A DNA stretch of 63,994 bases, the filler included, from Reticulomyxa filosa (taxonomy: Eukaryota > Protista > Foraminifera), in the NCBI GenBank assembly GCA_000512085.1. It is 16 parts of 16 records of this genome, joined end to end, with 100 filler letters (N's around TTAATTAATTAA, not from the genome) between each part and the next. Parts side by side here need not be neighbours in the genome. Positions count along the whole stretch, not along the records: positions 24,107 to 25,923 come from ASPP01046184.1; positions 26,024 to 27,028 come from ASPP01036460.1; positions 27,129 to 29,614 come from ASPP01048579.1; positions 29,715 to 60,721 come from ASPP01023392.1; 12 more parts are not named here. One strand, given 5' to 3'. A program made the position numbers and the translations under genes. Shown here in pieces: positions 24,212 to 38,206 of this stretch. Numbering within the stretch: the stretch's first letter is position 1; each line of letters opens with the position of its first letter. Under the pieces are notes generated by a model. That model saw nothing but the letters and a program-made list of their open reading frames with translations. It was not told the DNA's origin and did no database searches.

Positions 24212-25825
24212 TCACTCAAGTTTCACATGATCAACACACATGGGTAGATTTGGGAAACGACAGTGCCTTCCAATTTGCTGTTTGAGACCTTTATCGCTAA
24301 ATTTAAATGCGATGTGATCCGCAACTTTGACGACGTGTGGAATTCGAACAGCATTGATTGTGCTGTCGAAATACAAATCACACAAATGATAGGAGAATGT
24401 TTGCAGAGATCGAGAGTGTTTCTCGACGAGGTCTAGTCCATCTTCAATGACAATGAATCGGCTTGGGATTGGATTTTTTTTTTTGGGTGCAGGACAAGGA
24501 ACAATAAAAAATTCATGAAGTTCAGGACCAGAGAGAAGGTCATCCACAACAGTTCCTGGGACAACAGGGGCTGCATTTTCAGCAAAGAACCGAGTTTTCA
24601 CTCTTTTTTGCACCACAATGAACTCAAGATTGCATGTCTTTCCTTCCATTTTTTGTTGCAGAACTTCTTTTAATTTAGGAATTTCTTTATCTTTGATTTG
24701 ATCCAGTTGGGACAAGGATACTCCATCTCTATTTTTTTTTTTTTGGAGTTAAATATCCTTTTCTTTTTTTTCTATTAAAAAAATAGAGCCATTAATAGAC
24801 AAAATGTAACCTGTAAAAGATGATTTGATCTGGAAACGTATCATTATCTTTTTGAAAGGCATCTAAAGCACACTCAAAATATTTATTGATATTGGTGACA
24901 AGCTCCTTTCCCATCTCCTGGATTCCAATGAATTGATGGACTCGAACAAAATCAGAGTCAAATGTGGATGCAAATCCAACGACAGATTCTCTTGCCTTTC
25001 GGTTGTGACAAACATCCATTCCGACAATCATGGTTTTTTTGTTCAACTGCAATGCTTCATTAAACTGATCCCATCTAATCTTCCATGGAATCCACTCACC
25101 TTTTACTAAAATGCAGTGAACGCAACGATATAAACACTCACGAGCACGATACCGATTCGTTGCGTTCTGATCGTTGCATATAATACCGTATAAAGATATC
25201 TCGTGTGTGATTCAATCAAAACAAACAAAGTGAATGGAATTGAACTCTTTGTTTGATGCATTGAATGGCGAGCTCCCTTTTTTCATTTGCTTTTCGAGCC
25301 CAACTTTGTACATTGGCATAAATTGTTGATTCGTTTCGATTTGTCATAATGACTAGAACACCATGAATACCCTGATCCACAATCCAATTCAAGGCTTTAT
25401 GGCATTCACCTAGATTCCTCAGATTGCAAAAATAAATTTCATTGTGTAACGCTACACCTCTGTAACGTTGTTCCTCCTCCAAAATTCTATCTGTTTGTTT
25501 CGCAACCGAATATCCAATATCTTCGTCTTCGGCGAGAACGATGCTGTATTATTTCGAGTTGAATAACATATGAAGGAACATATACACACATACACACAGC
25601 AAGCACATAAAAAGAAAGACAAGGCCAAACATGTTAAATGAAGAATCTTGCGTAACCAAAGTACTATTGGTTTCGACAAATCCTTTGCCTTGCGCAATTT
25701 TGCCTCCGCCTTTGGAGTTCGAAATGTAGTTGATTACTTCTTCGGGCCGTTCCAACACACGATTTTCGACTTTTATCGGATCACTGCTGATCGAAAAACC
25801 TAGCTTTCGATGTTCGAATTCCTGA
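24212..25825 (-). CDS. Piwi/Argonaute family protein (MID + PIWI domains), multi-exon, 5' truncated
   Basis: TMIVGMDVCH, ESVVGFAST, QE, FPDQIIFYR/DGVS (intron 24729..24810), FIVVQKRVKTRFF, PGTVVD, EFFIVP, LQTFSYHLCDLYF and VRIPHVVKVADHIA. Confidence 0.92.
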
Positions 25826-27130
25826 TATCAATAAGCCACAAAACAAACAAAGCGAAAGCAAACACATTTATGTGCAATAATTATCGGACTGGCTCCACTT
25901 TGATCATTCAACAAAAAAAAAAANNNNNNNNNNNNNNNNNNNNNNNNNNNNNNNNNNNNNNNNNNNNTTAATTAATTAANNNNNNNNNNNNNNNNNNNNN
26001 NNNNNNNNNNNNNNNNNNNNNNNAGACAATTAGTGTTAAGTGTCAAATCTCTTTTCCAAAAAAAAAAGAATAATGTAATCCGTACTCTTATACGTATAGC
26101 TCGGGTTTATATCATGACGTAAATATATATTTATGCTTATGTATTTACTCCATTTTTATAGCATTGAAATCACTTGATGTCGCTACATTCCAAAGAGGAA
26201 GCAATGTCTGTTCGCACCTGCAGACATCAGTTGATCAATTGATTGTTGTCTAGAATCGCATAACCTTCCAAGATTCGCAAATCGTACTTTCGTTTCACAA
26301 AGCCATTGATCAACGATGACAATTTGTCTATAGACGTATAAACAGATAACAAACTGATCTATAGTAAACGTCACTAGAGCTTGCCGTGTGCGTGCCGTTG
26401 TCATTGTTATCCAATTCCAGCACGTAGTTGTAGTTGCTGTTGTTCCCACTGTCACTACTATCCTCCACTAACGTAAGGCTCGTCTCGTATTGTGATTACA
26501 AAACTTTATTCAGTTGTGTATCGCGTTTGAATTGATGCTCCAATTCGTGCACAAATATGCAATATCACTTTCATCGAGTCAATCACGTTGTCTTTTGATA
26601 GGTCCATTTATTCTTATTATTTGTGTCGCTACACTTGAGCCACAATATTTTATTTCACCTTTTTTTAACAAAAGTGTAAACAAAAAAAATTATTATTAAC
26701 AATGATTTACATATAAATTATGTATACGTATTTGTATATATGTTATATTGATTAAGTGATAAAGTAGTTGCAAAGAAAGTTCCTTTTTGTCTCACTTTCT
26801 ATCTATCTCTTTCTCGTTGATTACTCAAATTAACTTTGTCATTGGTCGGCAGTCCACACTTGCGCGCATCGTTACTCACCGTACAGCACAGTTCTGTGTT
26901 CAGCTCTTTCACTTGCGCACATGTCCATTGTTATCGCTGTCGTCCCGTTGCAACACACTACTCCCAATGTCATCTTGTATTGGCACTCGATCATGTAAAG
27001 CATTCCTTTCTAAATAAATACGTACAATNNNNNNNNNNNNNNNNNNNNNNNNNNNNNNNNNNNNNNNNNNNNTTAATTAATTAANNNNNNNNNNNNNNNN
27101 NNNNNNNNNNNNNNNNNNNNNNNNNNNNAC

Positions 27131-29614
27131 TTGATTGAACAAGCATTAACAATGACAAGCAAAAACAAAGACGATACCGATACAAGTCAAATCGATGATA
27201 TATTTGCCAATCTGTTTGAACAGATGTTACGAACAGCGAAGGTGAATTTATCCATGAAAAAAATCGAGGCGAAATCTATAAACATGCAAGTGGATTTTAT
27301 GATGATCAGTTTATTGTATTTACATTGCAACAGCTAATATCCGAAGTCCAAGACAGAATATTGGCCTCCAAACCTGTATTAAACTCCGATCATTTAGAAA
27401 AGTTAATCAACTTCATTGGAGGTAAGTCGACTATATCTACCGAAAGTGCATCCAAAATTAATATGGACGATTTGAAACATTTGAAAGCTTACCCAGTTGG
27501 CTTGTTTGGTACAAAGGAAGAAGTGATTTGGCAATTACAAACATTGAATTGCATATCTAAGCCCATACAAGATATGTTGAGCAGTGACAAAAGTGAAGAG
27601 TATCTCAGCACGGGTGTATATGCCATTATGAATTTGAAAGACTCCTTTTTGAAGTTGGATAAGACTCCAAAAGAATTAGAGTTGCTGTCTAGATCAAGCA
27701 ATGTGGATGTCGTGCTATTTTTTTGGCCAGACATTGATTCATTCACAGATATTAAACGAGGCAATGCTGCTTCGCTTTTTTTGAGAGTGTTATTGGAAGT
27801 TTGCTCGACTGTTTGCATGAAGGTGTCGCAGAGTGAATTAAACGATTTTTACGCGGATAAACAAACTGTGCAAGACAAGGTGGACGAAGAAAAGAAGATC
27901 ATGGGGAGTGGAATTCAATTCGAAATGAAAGAAGAACAAAAAAACGACGTGTCTTACAACGTCCAAGAGATAACTTCATTTCCAACTGAGAAGGAAAGAA
28001 AGCAAAATGGCTCAAATGTAAGTGCAATCTCAAACAACGCATTTATAATCGAAGGGGTGCAGTCTATCATCCTATGTCATTTCTTCATCCAAGAACACGC
28101 GACCGATTCAAAATTATTTCAATTTGCATATTCGAGCAAAGAAGAATTGGTCAATTATATTAAACAAATCACAAAAACGCACAGATTAACACTTTGGAGC
28201 GAGGCATTTGATACGTGGAAAAAAGTATCTATTTTCGCAGAGGTCATTTGTCCTGATTTGATTAAGGTTTCCAAAATTTTAATTTTTTTTTTTTGTTTAA
28301 TTGTGTGATATAATATACATATATATGTATATATTATGGACTAGAAATTCAACGAACAATTACTCTTGATCGAAAAGAGCCATGATAAACTAATTAGAAC
28401 ATCGCGCTTGACAGCACAAGATCTATACGACTCCCAAAAGCTGAAGTTGGAAGCCGATTTCGGCAGATTTTTTGCGTACACATGCAAGGATACAAAACTG
28501 GAAGTGATAAAAGAAACAGCAAAAGAATTACCAAACGAAAAGATCAATAGTTTTTTTAGGAGTAATAAGGGCTCGACCACTTCAATTTTAAAAAAAGACT
28601 TTGATAATGGCATCACAGCCTTAACAACATTTATTCCGGACAATGCGCCATATCATTCACTTTCGGATAGCAAGAAATTTGAAGATTTGAAGAAAGATAT
28701 TGAGAAGTTGTACAAATGGTACGAATATCAATTAAGTAAGATTGAAGAATCGGTTAGGAGGCAATTCGAACAGGAAAAAAAAAGAGAGAGCAAAAATAAC
28801 CAATCTAAATCCAAAGAAAAAGAGGGAAGGAAGAACAACGAAGAACAGACCAGCAGCGACAAATTGGCAATCAATGATTTGTTGTATAAACCTCGCAAGC
28901 TATCCATAATTCGCAAAATATTGCAACCGCGAATAGAAAGAACACAACTGACGGAAGAAGAAAGACAAGGAATTGAAGATAGACTTGATCGCTGTGACTA
29001 TTCGCAATTGCAAATACAATTGATATCAAAGTTTGGTAAAATTTACGTAAAATACAAACAGATATTTTTTAACACGAATCCCATCAAATCTCTCCCCTAT
29101 CAAGAAGAAGAATTGAAGAAAGAATATGACAGCGATCGATCAAAGCGAGAGTTGGAATTGAACAAAGAATTTTTGAAAAAATTGGACGAAAGCATGAACA
29201 ATGACAAACCTTTGTTTTGTGTTATAGAAAAGTGTCAGAATAACGAATTGCGAGGAATTATTGGGACAAAACTAAAGCCAGTCCAACATCTGGCTTTTGC
29301 ATTTGGTAATTTCGTCACACAAGACTCGAGATCAAATGATTTGAAGTTGAAACAAGTGATTCAAAGAAACAATGATTTTGATATTCGTGGTAATGAGGAG
29401 TTGGTATTCGCATATGGATTGGCCAGCAATGAAATTGTATTGGTGCTTTCCATTGACAAAAATGTGTCTGAGGCCTTGCTAATGGATGAGGAAATCAAAG
29501 TGGATAACAACGAAATTGCAAAAAAACAAAGTGTATGGAGTGAAAATTACAATCAAAATTGCATTACCAAAATTTTCTTATCCTCAAGACAAACATTACC
29601 AAAAAAAAAAAAAA
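27131..29614 (+). CDS. Large hypothetical protein, multi-exon, truncated
   Basis: Long ORFs of 327 and 434 aa joined by a GT-AG intron near 28267-28344; no motif recognised. Confidence 0.6.
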
Positions 29615-29714
29615 NNNNNNNNNNNNNNNNNNNNNNNNNNNNNNNNNNNNNNNNNNNNTTAATTAATTAANNNNNNNNNNNNNNNNNNNNNNNNNNNNNN
29701 NNNNNNNNNNNNNN

Positions 29715-31790
29715 ACAACACATTTGGTCCAAGATTCAACTGCTTTGTCCAATGTTTCTTTGCTTCCCAATACATTAGGATCAATAGATTGCATCCAATT
29801 GTCAATGTTCATCTTCAACCTCAATCTAAATTGTTCCCATTTGTTACTCCTCAGATTCCAAGTCTCAATCTTTTGTCGTTCAATTCGTGGTGAAGACCAC
29901 GTGGTTTTGATATTGAAAGTGATTGTGAGATGATCTGAGTGCACATCCAATTCAACATCCGTTCTCCAATTACTAATTAATGGAAGAATAGATGACGAAT
30001 ATAATGATAATATACAATCCATTGGATGTAATGAAATCGAGAATACACTCACCCACATTGTCAGTATTCTGGTCCAACCATGCAGGATGTGCATTCCAAT
30101 CTCCTCCAATGACAGTCATTTTCATAGCAGATTGTAATTCTTGTTCGAATGATTGAAAATTGAATGTTTTACACTATAAATTTCGATAGAAACTGCAGAA
30201 TAATAACGGTTTCTTTTGATCAGAACATGAAATTTCCACCCAACACGATTCATAACCAAATACATTAAATGTATCAGGCATGCTATTGAATATCGTGATA
30301 ATGAATGCAAATCTCTGTGTCATTTTTGTATCGACGTTTTGCCTCTTCGTGATTTGCCAATCCGCAATACTTTGCGCTTTTTTGGGCATTCACGAACGAT
30401 ATGGTTCAATCTGTAGCATTTTCTGCATTGCTTGAAATGCGATTTTGGCCTAGATTTGCCTTTGTCGAATGGCGCCACTTTCACCATTGAATATTCAATC
30501 TGAATATCATTGTCTTTCAATATCTCGACAACATCTTCAGTCTTGGATAGAAGGACTTTGACAATTGGCATCTTATGGAATTGTTTAACTTCTTGTATTT
30601 GATTTCGCACTCGCTTTCGCGAGTTGATACTCCTCGAAGCAGGACATATCTATTCACTTCACTGCTTCTTCACGCTTTTTCTTTTGTTCAGCAGCGAATG
30701 TCTTTCGATAAATGTCACATCTTGGCTGCCTTACAATTCTTTGTTTACCTCTTGGTTTTCTTTTTGTTCCATTTGTCCATCCTTCACATCATTGAAATTT
30801 TGAGCTAGATGAATTAGTTACTTCTCATTAACATCAACTGCAAATGAACAAATAATGTCCGAAAATTTCCAGAAAATGTATGCGCTAATACTTTTCTGTA
30901 CAACGCATCTTTGTTTCTTAATCAAATGAACTTAATCACCGATATTGCTGATTTAAGTTCTTTGGACTTGATTGGAGTGACGACAATCGTTTACGTATTC
31001 ATACCAGGAATTGTCGTCGAATTTGCATGTTTTTCTTCCACACATTTTCAAATGTGATTTCATCAATCTTGTTGCATACTTGCTTTCTTTGCAACTTCAT
31101 CCTTTAGTCCATCATCTGGCGTCTTTCGTTTTATGGCTATTTGCCTTGTGCTATTTATGTCGACGTCCATGTCTTTATTCAACGTCATTTTGCTTGTTTC
31201 TGGTACCAGGTATATCAATACCATATCCATTTTCAATGCCACCATGCATACTGGCATTTGATAGTTCACTAGTGGCAAACATGTTCGGAAGTGTAGTTGA
31301 CATGTCTGCCTTATCATTAGATCGGATGCTTGATCCAATTCCATGTGGGGTATTTTGTCCCAATATGGCTTGCAGTAGAGCCGATTGGTGTAAAGACATC
31401 TTGCCTTCACAAGCCTTGTTATCAGCGAGTGGGTTTAGGTTTTGTCCGATATTCACCCGACCCTCGGAGTTCTACCAAACACAAAAGATTGGTATTTCCC
31501 TCGAGAATGCCAATTTCCCTAAAGCTTCGAACAATCTTAACGCTAAATAGATCGATACCCCAGTAAAAGAGTTAGTTACCAGGAGTTTGCACCACGGTAC
31601 ATTAAAGCAACTGATGACAAGATACGATGTAAGTTTAAAAGCACTTCCACCTCTCAAAGCACACACTAGATGCTGAACCGACGACGAAGCCCCCAAAAAT
31701 GAACTGTAACAAAATAGTTTACAGTCCAGCCAACTACTATAAAAAAATTTTCTAGTTAGAATTTTCTTTGTTTCTTTATGGTCCTTACGC
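29715..31790 (-). mobile_element. Degenerate LINE-type non-LTR retrotransposon: 5' region, gag-like CCHC knuckle, APE endonuclease
   Basis: CRKCYRLNHIVREC (CX2CX4HX4C), VIGGDWNAHPAW near 30080-30117 and SDHLTITF; many stops and frameshifts. Confidence 0.8.
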
Positions 31791-33359
31791 AAAATTTATT
31801 TCATACTTTCAGTGTCAACTTTGCATTCTGTAAGTCGCATTCGAGGAGTCCCAAGGGGCTGGACGACACAAAACAACATTTGTGTGCTTCTTTGGGGGTT
31901 TGGGACAAAAACACCTGTAAGTCGCCTCGCTTGGAAGCCGCAGGCTTCCGAGCGCTTTGAAATCGAAGGCCAAGCCTCCGCCAAAAATTTGCTTTTTTTT
32001 TGGAAAATGTTTTTTGAATGATCGCCATGCCGCCATGGGAGATGTATTTTGACATTGTGCCCATTCCCTAGTGTTTGCTCCTGTTTTTTGGCTTTGACTG
32101 CCAATGATTATGAAGGTGCTTGATATTTTTTTTATGTTTTCACGATAGCGTGGAATATTGTGAAATTTTGGAAAATCTTAAGAAATTTCGGGATTTCCAC
32201 AAGAAATCAACCAATCGATATGTCCTGCTGAAGAATATTTCCGTGAAAGAGATCATGGAAACACTTTAAGAAATGGAATATGATTGTGTCAAGAAAAGGA
32301 AGTGCACCTTACAAAATTAAACAAACTATAGCACTCAAACAACAAAGCAAAACAAGCATAAAAATTATTGATGCATTTTACTTTTTTAAAAAAAAAATAA
32401 TCCTTCATCATCGAGATAAACTTTTGAAAGAAAGTTATATTTTGAAGGAAGACAAGCACAGAACAACTACTGCAACATCTAGCAGTATCTGAAAGAATTT
32501 CGAAGTTAATCTTCGATTATTAACAACGATTTTCGTCGTCAGCAAGATTGTGTCGAAAACAGAAACAAAGACAAAGATACAAAGAAAATACTTTCAAACT
32601 ACTAAAAAAAAATTTTTTTTAACTAGTAAAATTTTTTTTTTATCGTGATAAAAAATCTTTTTACTAGCTGAAAACTTTCAGATATCTGATATTGCGATTT
32701 TGCGCGAGAGCAGAGATATACAATATAACAACAGTCGATTAACAAGAAAGAATGTCGAACAAAATTAGCAACTTTTCTATTAAATAAGCTGAAATAGCAA
32801 TATCAACAACATTCACATGCTAATAATAAGTGTTTAATTTTATTTTTTGTTTTAATTTGTTAAAAGAGGTAAATTGAATTTCAATATTTCACTGAGACTT
32901 CAACCTTCAAAAACAAGGCTAGGGATTCGGTTGAGTATTAGCATTGCTCCTGTAATTCCCCCTGACCATTCCACAGGGAAGAGTCAAATTTGTTTTCACA
33001 ACCGTTGATTAATCTCGCCGTACAATCTTTGAGATTTTGTTTGTTTTTTTTTTTGATATTTTAAAGATTAAATTAAAACTTAAAATTTTTTTTTTACTTG
33101 TCATTGATTGTGTGAGTTTTTGATATGTTTTTTTAATCTTTACCTTTTTTTTTGTTTTTATTAGAGTACTGTGTTCCTTTTGGGACGAGGTGCTTATTTT
33201 AACTTTGATAAGATCTCACTCTTGCTAAAAATAAATTTTTAGTCTCCGGTGCTTTTCGTTGATTTCCGGGCCTGGATCGGAGGCTTCTCGCGTGTTTTTG
33301 GTACAGAGTCCAAAAATATTTGTTAATGAGATGCCTAACCGCGATTGAAGGATGTATTT

Positions 33360-34450
33360 TGTCATTTTTGCCACTCCCTTTCGCTTCGGTATTTGCCCTG
33401 TTGGCTTTTTAAGTTAGCCAATGATAATGAAGTGGATATGCATTTCTTAAAAAAAAAGATGTCAAAAATTGGATTCAATCTGTAAAGACTCGACAAGAAA
33501 GTTATTGAATGGAAAGAACATAGATTGGTCGAGAAAAGCAAAAGAATCACAATTTTGCAGAAGGATAGCGTGCCCAAGATGCAAACACAAGTGCATAGAC
33601 ATACCTCTCCACCAGAAAAGAAAATGAAAGTGATGAAAAAGAAAGAGCAAAGATTCCTAATCAGCCTCATTCTCAACCACAAAGACAGCTCCATGCAACC
33701 CGGAGAAACATATTGTCGCGATCCGATAAGTTCCAAGTCTTGGGTTATGTGTCGTGTTGGATGGAAATCAGCTGTCCAGGACATAATAATGTTCTGAAGC
33801 TTTTATCGTAACATCCAAAAGATCAGTGTCCATTACAACCACTCTCAAGAAGGTGTCATACGTGTCATTGTTAGTTTCGGCTTGGAGTCATTTGAAAAAG
33901 AATTGACTGAAGCAATGAAAGTAACAGAGCGCATTGTGATCGGAGGAGATTGAAGTGCTCACAATCCTGATATTGGCGAACATATGGTGGATTTTATTGT
34001 GAATAATAATCTGCACATTCTGAACTCGCCTCTATTTTATCACACATTCGAAAAAGATTTAGCCATATCATCTATCGATATCTCAATATGCTTCTCATCT
34101 TTAATAGATATCTGCAGTCCCACACATGTCGATATAGCAGTCGAACAATGGACAGAATGCGTTGTAGATGTTGGAAAAGCCACGATTGGAACCAAAGTGA
34201 TTTACAAAGGAAACAAACTTTGATGGAATGATTCATTGCATATGAAACACAAGAAAGTTCATCAGTCGAAGAGTGCATTTCGAAGAAATGCACTCAAAAG
34301 ATACAAGCAAGAAGCAACTGCCTTGAGAAGGAAATTTAGACTAGAAAAGTATTAGTCCATTATTAAAAATGTAAAGTAGATGAAAGAAGGTAATTCCAGG
34401 CACCTCTTTTCTCAATTCAGATGGATTAGTACGACAAGGTATCCCTGATC
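33360..34450 (+). mobile_element. Second degenerate LINE fragment (endonuclease and downstream region)
   Basis: VIGGD*SAH, SSIDISIC and AVEQWTECV, comparable to AVESWTKCV in the first copy. Confidence 0.65.
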
Positions 34451-34699
34451 TATCCTGCTAAAACAGATTTGGTTCGTTGAAGATGAAATATCATTTATTG
34501 TGGAAATGTCAAGAGAATATGAAGTCAATGTGCATTCTCCTGATCAATTCGATTAGCGCCAAGGCTTTTATTCTTGCTATACATCAACGATATAACCCAA
34601 GTGATTCAGATTCCGATACAGTGCGGATGATGTCGTCCATCTTCACCATCGATGAGAAGGAAATGGAGGAATAGTTGGAGTCATTACAGACAAGCTTGG

Positions 34700-35785
34700 A
34701 CGAAGTGCGTCTGTTGGTATCAAACTCCTCTTGGCTTCAATTCATTTTCAGGGGGTTTCGTCGTCGGTTCAGCATTGTGTGACTTTGAGATGTGGAAGTG
34801 CATTTTAAACTTCCCGCGTATATTGACCTCAGTTGTTTTAAGAGTAACAATGTTCAAACTCCTGAAAACTAGTATAATAACCCTTTTACTGTAAACGGTA
34901 AGCTTGCGGGAGAATGTAAAACCTTGCTTGCATTAAGATTGATTTTTGAGAAATTTGCAATCTCGAGGCAAATACTCGTTTTTTGTATTTTGCAGAACTC
35001 CAATTGTCAGTTAACTTCTACTGAACCTCAGTCAAAACCAAAAACCACTCGCTGATATCAAGGCTTGTGAATGCAATCCAGGCGGCCGAGCCAATGTATT
35101 TTTACCTATTCGTCTATACTGCAAGCCATATTGGGACAAAATACTCCACTTGGGATTGGATCAAGAATCCAATCTAATGGTAAGTCAGACATGTTAACTA
35201 CCCTTCCGAACATGTCTGCTACTAGTGAACTATTAAATGCCAGTGTGTGTTTTGTCTTGGAAACAATATTGGAAATGGAATTGGATATTGTTTGATATGC
35301 CTAATTCCAAAAATCAACAACGACAATCCAAAATAACGTCGACACAAATGGCACCAGACAAACAGCCACAAAACGAAAAAAGCCAAATAGTTGATTAACG
35401 GATGATATTGTGAAGAAAGCAAAGTATCAATCTTCAACATTCCAAGTTGTATTGCATAACCCAACTGGATGAAATCACATTTGAAAACGTGTCGAAGAAA
35501 AACATGCAAATGCGACAATTCTTGTATGCGAATACGTCAACGATTATCGTTACTTCAATCAAGTCCAAAGAACTTAAATCAGCAACATCGTTGATTAAGT
35601 TCATTAGATTAAAAAACAATAATGCGTTGTCCAGAAAAGTACATTTTCTGGAAATTCCGAGCATTATTTGTTCATTTTGCAGTTGATGTTAATATCAGCA
35701 GCTAGCTCATAACTTCAATGATGACAATAATGTACAAATTGAACAAGATTGTAAACAAAGAATTGTAAGTCAGCCAAGATATTGC
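34700..35785 (+). mobile_element. Inverted, diverged copy of the LINE 5' region at about 30710-31740
   Basis: Blocks match the reverse complement of the first copy, e.g. TTCGTCGTCGGTTCAGCAT, CTGCAAGCCATATTGGGACAAAATAC, GATGAAATCACATTTGAAAA and CAAAGAACTTAAATCAGCAA. Confidence 0.85.
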
Positions 35786-36672
35786 AACTTTAAATCTAAT
35801 GCCGCCTTCACATATTTGCTTTAACATTGGCACCGCTTTCATATTTCTTAATCCCTTATCCCCAAAAACTAAAAAAAAAAAGACAAATATAATTTTATAA
35901 AACTATTTGTTGGTCGGCGCATATGCACCGACCTATATATTGTGTTATAGAATTTTATTTCTCTTTTTTTTAGTGCTGTGTTGTTTATGTTAAAATCCGG
36001 TGTCGTGTAGGTCAAGTCCCTATTACACATAGCTGAACCCTTATTGAACTGATGAGCTCCCATTGTGTTAAACTTTTCCACCAACTTTTTTTCACTTCTT
36101 GTTTGTTTTTTTCTACTTATTGAGTTATTCAATTTACTTTGTTTTACTGAAAGCCACTCTCAATTCGAATAAAATCTTTTCGTATTACATTTGGTGTAGC
36201 TCTCTACGGTAGACACCCCAATGTTAATGCTTTACAAGCTGTATTAGCATTAATTTGATGTTTTTTCATTTTTATTTTGTTGGTGTATTGTTATGTGTTG
36301 TGTTTTTTTATTTATTTGTCAGATTTTTTTAATGACTTGATGGTTTTTTTATGTTTGTCGTTTTTATTTTTTCTGCAATGATTAGTTTTTGTCCATTTTT
36401 TTTTGGGAAATCAACAATTCGACAAAATAACTGAACATGTTTAGGAAACATTTTTTCAGTTATTGCTTTGACAATATCTCTTGAAGTATTTTTTGATTAC
36501 AATTGCGGTTTTTGCAGTGTTTTTTGAATATCTGCAAAATTGTAAATTTTCTAATAATTGTACAAAGCTTGTAAAAATTAAAGCTGTATGTTTTTGTATT
36601 TTTTCGTTTTCTAAAAGCTTGTTTTGGCTGTTCAAAAAAGCGTCAAATATTTTGAACTTGATTGATAATCTG

Positions 36673-37881
36673 ATGGAGCTGTTGAAATCTCCTCCAACAA
36701 CAAGTAAACCAGTAATCAAGTGCTTGAATAAATCTTTTTTGACGTGTTATAAAACGTTTGGATTAAAACGAATTTCGTATGTGGAATGGGTCCGGGAGGA
36801 CAAACCAGTGCCCACAAGTGCCAAACATCCACCACACTTGATATTATGCCACCACGCATTGAGTTGGAATGCGATGTCCTTTGAGCACTTGGCCCATAAG
36901 CTTTTAACTAAGCATATTGATCGCTTGCCTCGTTTCGAATTTTATTTTTTTGCACAATTTGTGAGCTACTTAAAAAAAAAAAGTAAGTGATGATATCGTT
37001 TTTTTAAAAAAAATGAAACCATAAGCGAATACAAGAATATTGGCAATGGATGCGATTGGCCGTGGAGATTCAGATTGGTTGCCAGAAACAAATGGTGAAA
37101 TGTATGGATATCATTTGTATATCCCCGACAGCGTGACATGGATTTCCAGGATTGTGGGCCCAGAAGTGGAGAGCATTGATCCCGAAAAGGTGAAGATCAC
37201 CTGGATCGGCACGTCGATGGGAGGAATAGTCGGCATGTTATTGGCGTGTGACCCAAAGAACACTCCATTATCCAAATTGATACTCAACGATATTGGGCCA
37301 TTTGTTTCCAAGCAAGTGACGCAGAACATTGGAAATTATTTGTCCAAAGTGCCAACAATGAATTCGATTGATGATGTTATCAAGGTTAACAAAAAAAGAT
37401 ATGTATGTGAAATGCTGTCTTTTCATTAAACAATGTTGTTCTTTTTTTTTAAAAGGAATTGAAGATAAGATACTCTGAGAAGTGGCCACAAACCCATTTC
37501 AGTGAAGAAGATTGGCATTGGCTGGCTCGCGTAATGAGTCAAGAAGAGAAGAGAGAAGGCAAGTCGGAAGAAAATGACAAAAAAACAGAAAGTGAAAAAG
37601 ATAAAAATAGTAAATATATATTTCGCTATGATCCAAACATTGTCAGAAATTTTGACAAGGTCGATAATGACTGGGACTTTTTTAACCTCTTTGACCTCAT
37701 TAAAATACCTACTTTGCTAATTCGAGGCGCAAAATCTGAAATTGTTTCAAAAGAGTTAATGGAAAAAATGAAAGTTCGAGGACCCAAACCGAAATGTGTT
37801 GAACTTCAAAATTTTGGACATGCTCCAATGTTACTTACCGATGATGAAATTGACCCTATCATTGCCTTCATTGAGGCATGA
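36673..37881 (+). CDS. Alpha/beta fold hydrolase (Abhydrolase_1/6 type), 3 exons
   Basis: MDAIGRGDSDWL, nucleophile elbow WIGTSMGG, LILNDIGP, PTLLIRGAKSE and catalytic His in GHAPML. Confidence 0.9.
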
Positions 37882-38206
37882 TCTTTGCAATACATAAACA
37901 TTTGTTTGTTTCTTTGTTTTGTTTTACGTGGTTTGTTAATAAAAGTATACAAATTATTTCTTTAATACATTGATTTTGTAATCGTAAAAAAAGACTTTAT
38001 TCTGTACTAGCATTTTCTTACTACACTATTTCATTTGTCGTATAGAAATTTGGCTTGCCATGCCGTAAACAAAAAGACGATTATTGAAAATATTTAATGT
38101 ATAAAGGAAAATTGCCGAAAAAAGGAATGTTCCTCAGCACTAAACTGAAAACCAACACGGTCAAAGCTTCTGTCTTTTGTTTGACCCTTTTTGAGCGTCA
38201 ATCACA

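Noticed and set aside
26024-27028. Coding or RNA gene in this small contig
   Set aside because: Only short ORFs without motifs; no tRNA or rRNA signature recognised here or elsewhere in the window.
31605-31650. Hammerhead ribozyme core (CTGATGA at about 31611; also CTGAAGA near 32228)
   Set aside because: No properly placed stem II plus GAAA and no closing stems could be built.
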